This document shows positions 1-11,033 of a stretch of 64,000 nucleotides of DNA, in pieces. A program made the position numbers and the translations under genes. The stretch is taken from the NCBI RefSeq assembly GCF_009914755.1, contig NC_060929.1. The stretch is one strand, 5' to 3'. Numbering within the stretch: position 1 is the stretch's first letter; the number at the start of each line of letters is the position of its first letter. The notes beneath the pieces were generated by a model, which did not search any database, was not told the DNA's origin, and worked only from the letters and a program-made list of their open reading frames with translations. Origin of the DNA: the human T2T-CHM13v2.0 reference genome, Homo sapiens.

Positions 1-911
1 CTTCCCTGTCCTTAGCAGCTGCCCAAGCATGTATCACCAACTGGGCCACACATCTGCCTGATCATTTCATCCCATTGTCCAGGGAGGGGGAGTCTTCATA
101 GAAGGTCATGCACAGGTCTCCATCCACTTTGGCTGGAGGGCTGGTTCAGCCACCGAATGACCCTAGGACCTGTGAGCAGGGGGAGTCAGCGTTGTGGAGC
201 CACAGCCCCGCAGGGTTTCAGCCCTCCTTAGACAGGCGGTCATCACACCAACGCCTTGCTTTGTTGTTCTCTGTCCACTGTGCATGTTTTTAGGAGGCAG
301 TTTGGCCACCCTGTTTCATGGGAGGGTTGTTCTCCACTTTTCATTTGCTTACGGTGTCTCCAGTTTCCTATGAGCAAGTGAATTAATTAATGAATACTCC
401 AACAGACTGTAAGCCTGCCTCAGACAGCCATTCTGGTTGTTGGGCTAATTGTTAGCTGGGGTTTCTGGATGTCATTCATTTCACAATAAGGCTCCTAATT
501 AATCTCAGTGCAGTTCTCACCAGAAGAAAGGCTGATACGGAGAAACATCCCCAATTACCATGAGAAAGGAAATGTCAAGAGCCCCGTTGAGTTTTCCTGG
601 CACCCACCCTTGTCTCAGATGAAAACCGCCATTACCGCAAGGAGGCTGCCTAGACCGACCCTGAAAACTGGAGAGTGTGAGAGCGGGAGGAGCCCCCGAC
701 CACACAAACCCAGCCTGGGGAGGAACCTACTAGTGGCTGCACCCTCTTTTTTAATAGCACCAATTGTGTTTCCCAAGATGATGTAGAGAATTTCAGTGCT
801 GTGTACCACGTCGGAGGCAGAAATTCCTCTGCTGTCCCAGGAGCAGGCAGGGCAGTTTTTATCTGGAAAAGCTAAAGGTCTCCTCTTTTGTTTGTGTTTT
901 TGTGCCTGCAG

Positions 912-994
912 GACAAAAGATCCTTCATCACCGAAGTGACGTTTTAGAAACAGTGGTCCTGATCAACCCTTCTGATGAAGCAGTCAGCACCGAG
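912..994 (+). CDS. MAP1B: MAP1B internal coding exon (exon 3), 83 bp: (G)QKILHHRSDVLETVVLINPSDEAVSTE
   Basis: Polypyrimidine tract plus cctgcag acceptor (AG 910-911) and gag|gtaagc donor (GT 995-996). The translation matches the recalled MAP1B N-terminal region and ends in phase 0, joining 3782. Confidence 0.95.
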
Positions 995-1451
995 GTAAGC
1001 ATTCAGCTCTGTAGAATCTGGGGCCGGGCCCCACACACTGGATAGGGACCCAGTGGATTAGAAGGGCTGGGCAAATGGGGGCAGGAGAGGGACACAACAG
1101 AGAGAAGTTCTGGGTTAAGAGGTCTTTCTCAACCCCCATTAAGTGGCTGGTTCCCTGCATCGGTACCATCCAGACCACTCCTCCTGATAAGGACAAAGAA
1201 GAAGATAGTAGCTGGAACTGTAAGATTTTGTCCAGGCAAGGGAGTATGAATTTGGGGTATTTATGCTGGGGGTGGTGGGGAGTGCTGCTGGGATGGAGTC
1301 TGATAGGGATGTATTAGGGAAAAGAGACGCAAGCCCTCAGGCCGCGACATACAGGGCAAACCTGGAGAAGAATGGCATCTCAAGAATGGCATCTCAATGC
1401 AAGCCCCATTCAGAGCTCTCCTGCACACTCCTATCGCTGTGGAAAGGCAGG

Positions 1452-1710
1452 CTAGCATAGTGGTCAGGAGCATGGGCTGGCACCAGGTCACCTGGGTTCA
1501 TAATCCCACATCTGCCTCTTACTAGGTGGGAGCCTCAAGCAAGTTATTTACTGTCTTTGTCTCCGTTTGCACCTCTGTAAAATGGGGGTCATAATAGTTT
1601 CTACATTTAATGTTCATATTTAATGTTGTGCTTAGAAGTGCCAAGTGCTTAGAACAGAGCATGGCACATAATGACTGAAATGTAAATATTAGCTGTGATT
1701 GTTATTATTA
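1452..1710 (+). mobile_element. MIR SINE
   Basis: cctgggttcataatccc...tctgcctcttactag...caagttattt...ctgtaaaatgggg core and an AT-rich tail. Confidence 0.75.
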
Positions 1711-1974
1711 CCACCATATGAAACTGTTGCTATGGAGAGTCACTGGGTATTTTGGAGCCCAGTGTGACATAAGAACTTGGTTGAAGCCAAGAGTCCCTGG
1801 TCACCCAGGCCAGAGGAGTTGCTATCACTCCACTTTCCACTTCCTTTATTATAGTTGAGCGCTTTTGAGATAGAGTTGCTTCTCGGACATGAAAGCAGCC
1901 AAAGTCCCTGGGAACCTTCATTGTTTGCAGCGTCCCTTCTACCCACACTTTGAGCATCTCTGTGACTGTATCCT

Positions 1975-2412
1975 GTTTTTGTAAATGGAGATATAATTCA
2001 AGGACCATAAAATTCATCCCTTTAAAGTGTGTAATTTGGTGGTTTTTAGTGTATTTACAAAGTTTTGCAACCATCACCCTTATCTAATTCTAGAATACGT
2101 CTATCACGCCCCAAAAGCCCTGAGCTCATCAGCAGTCGGTCTCCATTCTTCCCCGATGCCGACAACTGCGAACCTGCCTGTCCTGATTTGCCAATTCTGG
2201 ACATTTCATATAAATATAATGATATACTATGTGGCCTTGCGTGTCTGGCTTATTTTAGCCTAACAGTTTCAAGGTTCATCCATGTCGTAGCATGTGTCAG
2301 TACTGCATTCGTTTCCAGGCTGAACAGTGCCAGTGTATGGATAGCCCACATCTGTGTATCCATTCCTCAGTTGACGGACACTTGAGTTGCTTCCACTTTT
2401 TGGCTGTTGTGA
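1975..2412 (-). mobile_element. Old L1 (L1M-type) 3' end fragment
   Basis: gagatataattca...tttaaagtgtgtaattt...ggacatttcatataaat...ttcatccatgtcgtagcatgt, typical of an antisense L1M 3'UTR. Confidence 0.8.
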
Positions 2413-2565
2413 TGTCACCTGTCATGACTGACTTCTGCCTGCTTTAGATCAGCAGGACCTCTGACAATCCATGAAGGTGTGAAGCTGAGGAAAGTGATGG
2501 GATAGCAATCTCTGTTACTAACAGAATCGGGAAGTAATTACAGCTTGAAAAAAGCTGGAGAATTA

Positions 2566-2790
2566 CAGCCTGGGCAACATGGTAAAACCCTGTCTCTACC
2601 AAAAATACAAAAAATTAGCCGGGCATGGTGTTGCATGCCTGTGGTCCCAGCTACTCAGGAGGCTGAGATGGAGGATTGTTTGAACCCAGGAGGCAGAGGT
2701 TGCAGTGAGCCGAGATGGCGCCACTGCACACTGCACTCCAGCCTGAGCAACAGAGTGAGACCCTGTCTCAAAAGGAGAAAAAAAAAAAAA
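2566..2790 (+). mobile_element. 5'-truncated Alu with target-site duplication
   Basis: Starts within the left arm (cagcctgggcaacatgg), with a full right arm and A tail. It is flanked by aagctggagaatta (2552-2565) and aagctggaaaatta (2791-2804). Confidence 0.93.
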
Positions 2791-3781
2791 AAGCTGGAAA
2801 ATTAATATATGTCCAGGCAAACTGCCCGGAAGAGTTGTGAGAAAGGAAAAATATGGAATTTTATAAAAGGAATCCAGGCTTGCCTGTGGAGCAGATGGGG
2901 CTGAAACAATTACTTAGGTACATGTGTTTTTTGCATGATTACACTGTGGGGTTCTTGGGTAAGGGGTCATGGTCTGTTTACTTTTGTATCCTCCCCTCAG
3001 TGCCTAACATGATGCCTGGCAAGTAGGATGTGCTGAACATTCATGAACTGGGCTCAGAATGGATACCTTGGTGCTTAGAGTGGTGTTTGCTGAAGGACAG
3101 CTGGCTTCCTGCCACTGAAAAGTGCACAGAGAGTTCCTTAGCGCAAACCATGTGCAATTATCTCAAAGATTGCTATTTAGGGGCAGCCTTTTCTTTATAT
3201 TCAATGTCAAGCACCTTACTGATGCCATTGGAGACTGCCGTGGAGCTGTGTGTGTGCTTGCTGCACGCCTTGGAAGGGCATATGGGAGGGGTTGGTTTGG
3301 GACCCTAGTTTGGAACACCGTGCTTACTGAGGAGGCCACTGGGGAACCTGGACTGTACATGGTGATTCAGCCTGTGAGATAGTTCCGTCTTCCCTGGTTT
3401 CGCAGACCACGTGCTGCTAGCAGACATTTCTAACAGCTGTGGAACAAATGATTACCAGCTGTGAAGACTGCTTTGAAAAAGAGGAGGAAACTAGGGGGAG
3501 AAAGTCAACTATCGCTACTGTCGTGATTGTAGAGAAACTTTGAAAATGGCATTCTTGGGCAAACTGATAACTACACTTATTGGCTTTGTGGATGATCCTA
3601 CAGCCAGGGATCCATTCAACCCTCCCGTGCTCTTCTGGCCTCCAGGAGAAATTAGACCTTTGGGGAATGAATGCTTTTTGCTGGTAATAAACTCCCATGG
3701 CTCCGAAGGCTAGCCCTGTCCTGAAGGTGGGATGGCAGCACTGCCCATGGCTCAGGGCCTACGTTCTGTGCTTTATTTCAG

Positions 3782-3922
3782 GTGCGCTTAATGATCACTG
3801 ATGCTGCCCGACACAAGCTGCTCGTGCTGACCGGGCAGTGCTTTGAAAATACCGGAGAGCTCATTCTCCAGTCCGGCTCTTTCTCCTTCCAGAACTTCAT
3901 AGAGATTTTCACCGATCAAGAG
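3782..3922 (+). CDS. MAP1B: MAP1B coding exon 4, 141 bp: VRLMITDAARHKLLVLTGQCFENTGELILQSGSFSFQNFIEIFTDQE
   Basis: tttcag acceptor and gag|gtaggt donor. ORF 3782..3973 carries this peptide, which is in frame with the flanking exons. Confidence 0.96.
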
Positions 3923-6715
3923 GTAGGTTCGTGTCTGAGAATATCTGTGCTTCTAGTGGCTTGGTTGCCTTAGGTTCCTCTTTGAGAGCACTGGGGGAGA
4001 CAAAAGAAGAAGGGAGGGAACCTCACAGCTCTCCTGAAATAAGCAAAACTGCATGATCCAAAATACTTTATTTCTATGGCTCATTGCCAAAAGAATTTAG
4101 AGCACTCATTTACAATTAATTGGAATCATTCTTAATGTGCCTGAGATATAGATGGGAGGGGTTGGAACAGTCAACACTTTACAGATGGTAAAAATGATGG
4201 AGAAACTTGAAATGTCAGAGCCCAAAAGAAAACCTGCGTTTCCTGTTTTCTGAAATAATACTCCAAAGATATCTGGGGCTTTTGGCACCTCGTTTTCCAG
4301 GCCTAATTATTTCAGATTTCTTTTACTTTAATGCCTGGCCCCAGTGTTTGAACTTGGGCTGTTTGAACAGCCCACAAAAGAGAGAGGGCTTTACAAAAGG
4401 AGCCACGTAGGAAAATGGGGCACGTCTGTGACCCAAGAAAAAGATGGCTAAAGTAGCTGGACTGAAGCTGGATCATTCATATTTCTAATGCGTATCTTAT
4501 TCAAAGATGACACATATAAAGTGTTGAAAACTGTGTGAAGTTAGTCGTATTTTGTAAAATGAGATCAAAGATTTTGATATGCTTATTTCTGCTTGGGAAT
4601 TTATCCTGGCTGGGAAACTTTCCAAAGTAATGCACCTTGTTTATCTAGCTTACATGTTTATAGCAATTACAGAAACAATTCAGACCCATCCCCATAGCAG
4701 GTTGGGGCCTGCCTGTGGCCGATAGCAGATTTCTACATGGAGGGACTGAGGGATGTTCTGATAAGAAGAGTCCCCACATCTGTTTAAAACTGTCTTTCTG
4801 AGGTGGTGGCTTGTCTGTCTCATGTGTACTGTGAAGGGCCACGTGTCCTTCTGCACTTAATTTTCCTTGGCCCTGAGGTTCAGAGAAAGCTCTGTTTGTA
4901 CTTTTCATCACTGGCAAGAACTGTAAGCACACTGCCCAACTTCATCTGAGTCACCTGGAGGCTTCTTTAAAAACACTGATCAGAAGGCATAATAATGTTC
5001 ACTCTCCAGCCACTGGGGTGGGGAGAATGTAAAACTGTGAAAAGGAACATTTTTGAAGCCACAGCTGTCAGAAGGTGTGGCGTCATCTGCATCTTGAAAC
5101 ACATACCAGGATGGGATCCCCCAGGCAGGCAGCTCCTTTCTCAGAGGCTTCAGAGCTCACTCACAGTTGGTTCATCTTTACCACTTCAAAATGCAAGCTT
5201 TGGCTGTGTCTTCTTCCAAGGCCGCTAGAGTTCACGCATCTTGCCTCATTCATCTCGGTATCCATTGCACCTGCACATAGTAAAGGCCTAGTAAGCCGCT
5301 GTTCAATTGCATTGAAATTCCAAAGCTAGGGCTACAATTCTCACTCTGCCTACTGTCCTGAAGTTGTTGTTTGATCACTATAATGTCAGAATGTTTTGCA
5401 AGATTATGTCCCCATGTGCATGTTGTACCCGGAGGCAGGTGGGCATTTGTCTAGTAGCTCTGGGGTCACACACATTATTAGCATCTTGCCTCAGGGAAGA
5501 GAGAAAGCTGCAGAAGGCTGGAAGTGGCCCAATGACATGGTGAGCAGTTAAGTGGCCTGCTTATAGCTCATTTGCATGCACATGGGCACTTTCCACATTC
5601 CTGTGCAGTTCTGTAGTTATTTTCTAGTGGTTGGTTTCTACCCAAGTCATTGGTTTGTCTTTTTTGCCGAAAAACCAGACAAAGGAAATATGTAAAGAAA
5701 AGTGTCATTGCCAAGATTTTCAATAAGGAAGTAACACGATTTGGCATATTTGCATCTCAAATAATATCCCTCCTTCCCCTTCTTTAAATAAGGTTGTTAT
5801 GAATATTGCTGCTTAATCATTTTTACTAGATTATGGAAGCAAAATTTTAGCACCATGGACTGTGCACGTGTCAGATTTTGCCACTAATTACAGAAAAAAA
5901 AATTTGCCCTAACTGAAGAACTCGAGTTCCGTGGAAGGGCAGATTCCCCAGGGTTTATACTTATTGGGGTAGGTTCTGGAGGACACATATTTTGATTATA
6001 CTCAGGCAGGTATCATTATGGTCAGAGACCATGTCATATTCTCTTCTGCCACCCACAAAGAAAGGATGCCACAGCTAAAGTGAATTGAAAACCACTGGAC
6101 TGGACCAGTGGTTATCAGCCTTTTGGAGCTAGGATTGCCCATTGTTGCCTTGGAAAAAGGGTTGAGTAACTGAATAACAAACGGACCTTGAAGACCACTT
6201 GTTGTCCAGCTCTTTTCCTTTTATCCAGTCCTTGAAACATACTAGTTAACTCCAGGGAAACCAAAACCACAATTTGGGACAAACAAAAATGATACTTTTT
6301 AAAAAATATAAGAACAGCTAAAAATAAATGGACTGAAAAAATAGAACTATCAGTACACTTTGAGCTTCAGGTTTTGGAGTCTTAATCACTGGAGATCAAT
6401 TAACAAAACCAGAACTAACAGACGGTACAATTGTCTGGCTAACCCCACTCCTCCCTGAAATCCAGGGATGGTGAAATCATCATCTCCTGGGGACATTTTT
6501 CAGTCTCTGTGTTGGAAAGTTTTTCCTTATTTGTCTCATTGTATCTTCAAGGAAGTGATGTGATCCCTTTCCCACCTACAGTGTCTTAGTTACCCTTCAC
6601 CAACACTGCCGATTTTTTCCCTTTCAGATTAATCATCTTCAGTTTTACCCACAGTTCTTCATAACCCTGCTCACTGTCCTTCAAACTTGTTCCTCTGTCA
6701 AGAAAGGGAGGTGAA

Positions 6716-6875
6716 GGCCAGGTGCTATGGCCCATGCCTGTAATCCCAGTACTTTGGGAGGCCAGAGTGGGAGGATCACGTGCGGCTAGGAGTTCTAGGT
6801 TGCACTCAGTTATAATCTGCACTGCACTCCAACCTGGGCAACAGAGCAAGATTCTGTCTCTTAAAAAAAAAAAAA
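6716..6875 (+). mobile_element. Monomeric Alu (FRAM/FAM-like)
   Basis: ggccaggtg..tgtaatcccag..tttgggagg..cactgcactccaacctggg..A tail, a single arm of about 150 bp. Confidence 0.85.
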
Positions 6876-9800
6876 CTATACTTAAAACATTAAAAAAATA
6901 AAATAAAAAGAAGAGGAGATGGGATGGGTATGGGGGGAATTCAGGAGTTTAGTCCTGGTCATGTTTTAGTGCCTTGAAATCAGACAGTTGGATTTATGAG
7001 AACAGAGCTCAGGGAACTCAGAGTCGGGCTGGAGATACTAATTTGAAATCCATTAGCATATTAGAGGTATTTGAAGCCCAGAAGACACATGATGTGACCT
7101 AGAGTGAGAAACATTTTAAGAAGAGAAAGGGCCCAGGTCCAGTGTTGACAGGTCATAAGGCCAAGAGGAAGGAGCCAGTAAGGGAGACTTGTTTCAGGTT
7201 TTTGCTTGTTGGTCTAATTTCTCTAAAATGTCATGACTCAAACTGGACACCCTATTCAGGAGTCATTTGACCAGGTTAGGATTGTGAGAGTTGATAATGT
7301 CTATAGTTTTCAATACCATCTTCTATTAAAGAAGTCTAAAAGTGACTTTTGACCATCACCATACACCATTAATGGTCAATGGGGAAGTCAATGGGGAAGA
7401 GATGCAGGCTTTGAGGGGCTCGACAATTTATATAATTTAAGGGCTCTTTTTTAAGAAAAATGAAACAATTATTAATATACAGTTAAGTACAGGGCCATGC
7501 CAATGAGGTACCTTGAAGTTTAAGCTTCTTTGGCTTCATGATAAATCCATTTGACTGTCAACTAAAATCCCTGAGTCTTTTCCATGGATATTATTGTTAA
7601 GCCACATCTCCCAATCCTGTAGTTTACCCTGCTGGTTTATTGAACCTTACATTTATCCCTTTAGAATGCCATCCTGTTAGAATTGACTTAGCCACCATCA
7701 TCCCAATGTCAAGAGCTTTTATAAATACCTTAATTCTGCCATTCCACATTTTGCTGTGTCTCCCATTTTCATACCATGCACAAATATGATATGCATGCCT
7801 TCGCCATTTTTATCCAAGTGAATACAGGCCAGAAAATGAGACTTGAGGCAGCCCATCATAGACCTCCCTCCAGGTTGACATTAAGCAGCACTATTTATAT
7901 GGCTGGCTGGAAATCCACCTAATTCTACTATCACACTGTTCAGGGGTCCTATTAAATGTCTGGCTAAAACCCAGAGATACACTGTCTACTGTATTTCCTC
8001 ATCAGCCAAGCAAGTAACCTAATCAAAAAGGAAATGTAGTTCGTAGGCCATGGTTTAGAAATTCAAATCTTGTTTCATTAATCTCATCTGCAGTAAAACC
8101 ATTTATTTCTTACATCTTCCTTCCTCTTCCAGTATGCCTGCATTTAATCAGAAAAAGTAATTAACAAAAAAGATTATCTTTGTCCCAAAGCATATTCCTC
8201 CTTGTTGCATCTGTCATCCAACTTTGTAAGAACCAGGGTAGCACTCAGTGTGGTTACATCTGAAGTACCCACTCCAGGAAGATAACATGTGTTGAACTGG
8301 CCAAGTTTGGCACACAGATCAACAAACATCTACTGAGCCTGATTATGTATTGAGGAAACAAAGATAACTAAGATACAAAGATACAGAAGATATATTTCCT
8401 GCTATCAGAAATGTTTAGAGTAGTGGGTTATAATAGTTACCATTTATCATGGTGATGATTTCCCAATTTGTTCAGAAGAAGCCTCAGTTTCCAAGTCTAA
8501 GAACTAGTCACAAGCTTCCTTGCCACTGCTAACATTGTTGGATCCTCCTTATGGTTCTCATCTATTCATTGAATAAGCTTGGTCAGGTGCTGCCGTGGGC
8601 TGGCCACTCTTAAGACCCTGTCTTTGCCCTTGAGGCACTCTCTACTGTGCTTGTTGGCCCACAGGTCTGGAAAGAGGCTGTGGGGGAAAACACGGGCTTC
8701 ATTCTGTTGTGTAGTTCCAAGGATGTAGGAGTTGTTCTTCCTCCTCCTCCCTCTGCCCAATTCCATCTGTCTGTTTTATGACTGAGGGCTCTGTCCAGCC
8801 CTGTCTCTGCATTCTTGTCTCATCATTCAGAATGTGCTGCTGTTTCTTCAGAGGGACCAGATTTTCCTTCTCTGGAAAGAAACCTGTCAAAGCAATGCTG
8901 GCTTTCTTTTCTGCTTTGCCTTGTACATCACGGTTGTTCATTCACCAGTGTCTCTTGGCTATCTTTCATGACCTCTGACTTCTCAGAATTCTGTGCAATC
9001 TTGTTTTGTTTTGGGGTCATTTCCTGCATTTCATAGAAATTCTCTGGATAGAGGTGAAAAGACGGAAAGTAGGAAGATATTCCTTAAGTCTTTCTACCTT
9101 CTGCTTCAACCTGGTAATTACATACTTTACATAAAAAGAGCTAGTGATTGAATGCCCCCTACTCACAGCTGGATTATACCCTTGGCTGCCACACCTCTCA
9201 GCTAGGGTGGAATTTCAAAAATTAAAATGAACTAAACTTAATTTTTAAGTTTCACTATTAAAGATACAGCAGTTATTCTAGATTTGCCCCCTAAAACATA
9301 TTATAAAACATGAATAGTTTGCATGTGCTTTGTGTGAAAATTGGGATCTAGAGACTTTTAATTGTGCTATAGTGATTGTGATGAGAGTCTCTGCTAACTA
9401 TTGTACAAAAAACCATATTTGATGCCCTATGTTTGCTTTGGCCAGCAAATCATTTGAGCAAAGATGCCTGTCCCCTCTACCCAAAGATGGTATTACCATT
9501 TGCTTTTTCACTTTTCTTAGCTCCCAAAAACAGGAGTTGATTCTTATCCTTTTTACAGAAAATTGTGAAGTCACAGAAAAACAGCAAAGTTTTATTATTT
9601 TGTTATTTTGCGGCCCTTTACATAAAATGTTATGCTTAGGACTAATATGCTAACAAAACAAAAATGACTATTTTACTGCAATATTGCAGTCGAATATAGG
9701 AAAACTCAGATTCTATAAATTATTCTTACACACATTCATAATAGTAGCCTCAGAATGCTGATAGTCAGGAGATAGAGGAAACTAATCTAATACTAGAAGG

Positions 9801-11033
9801 TAAGAGTTCAGACCTGCTGGCTCAGGGATGCCTGGACCAAATGAAACCTTGGCTTTACCCCTTGATCATTTGTCATCCAGAATACAGAGCCCTTTTCAGT
9901 CGAAACTCTGAGCTGATTTGTGAGCTTTACTGAGACGGAAAGAATATTGGAGTTGATGGCATGATTCTCCATCACTAATTTGCTAGGCTAAGACCATGAA
10001 ATATATGGCCATAATATGGAGTGAGAGAGACAAGTAGTGTTTTTATTAAACCACAATTTCTGTTTTGGTCCTGATTTGCTTTTCTATGTTTACATCCTTG
10101 GGAAGTACTAAACAATGTGTTGAAAAATGTTTCAGCCACATTTGATCTTAGCTGCTCACACCCAACTTGCCCTGAAAAGAATGGGAGCAGTAAGAGAACA
10201 GAGTGGCTCACTGTGGAGTTAAACATGAGCAAATGGGGAACGAACTTGGCCAAACCACTTTAATGTCATGGCTTTAATAAAAAAGTATTTGTATCTGCAG
10301 AGAATATGCTGGGTGACCCACTCATGTTTCAATCAGCGTGCACTGATGCCAGAAACCAGTAATTTTTTGTAGTAATAGGCAATCCGTAACTTCTTGTCTC
10401 CTATGGGGAAAAACCCACCAAGGTTTTTTTCTTTTTTACATGCCAGATCCTGAAAGGAGGCCACAACAAGTGCCCTGTTAATCTGAATTTCTTTAAGGTA
10501 TCCATCAGGCCTTTTTTTTTTTTTTTTTGCCAAGTCTAGTGGAATAAAAGAAAATATTTTTTATTAGTGGTGAAATGACCCAGACAGCTTTCTCTTGTGA
10601 TAGTTTAACGTTTTTTTTTAAAGGGCATCTTTGCCTTTATTCTAGGGGTAATATTCAAAGTGTTTCATAACCACTGCAGCACAATCCTCAGTTGCCCAGG
10701 TGGTCACTGGTGTTAGAACTGGAGCAGAGTACTGGCATTCCCCTGCTGGGCAGGAATAGATGGTGGAGGGGTTGTTGGGGAGGTGCCAGGGCGAGTGGGT
10801 ACTGGTTGAGGTAGAAGCCAGTAGCAGCGGGGCTCAGGACAAAGGCTGTTCACCTTCCAGTAGGGAAGTATTTCAGCATTTAAGCAACCAACATCACTAT
10901 GAGAGTGCATGTCTGAAACTGGTCCTATGTGCATCCTGTGATCCTGTAACACATAGTTATAGCTGGAGATGATGGATCAGTGATGATAATCACTTACACC
11001 TTTTCTTTCTTTCTTTCTTTCTTTAAAACCCAG

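Noticed and set aside
10980-11033. In-frame 5' extension of the giant ORF (MIITYTFSFFLSFFKTQ)
   Set aside because: It is the polypyrimidine tract and acceptor of intron 4, and T/C-rich sequence lacks stops by composition.
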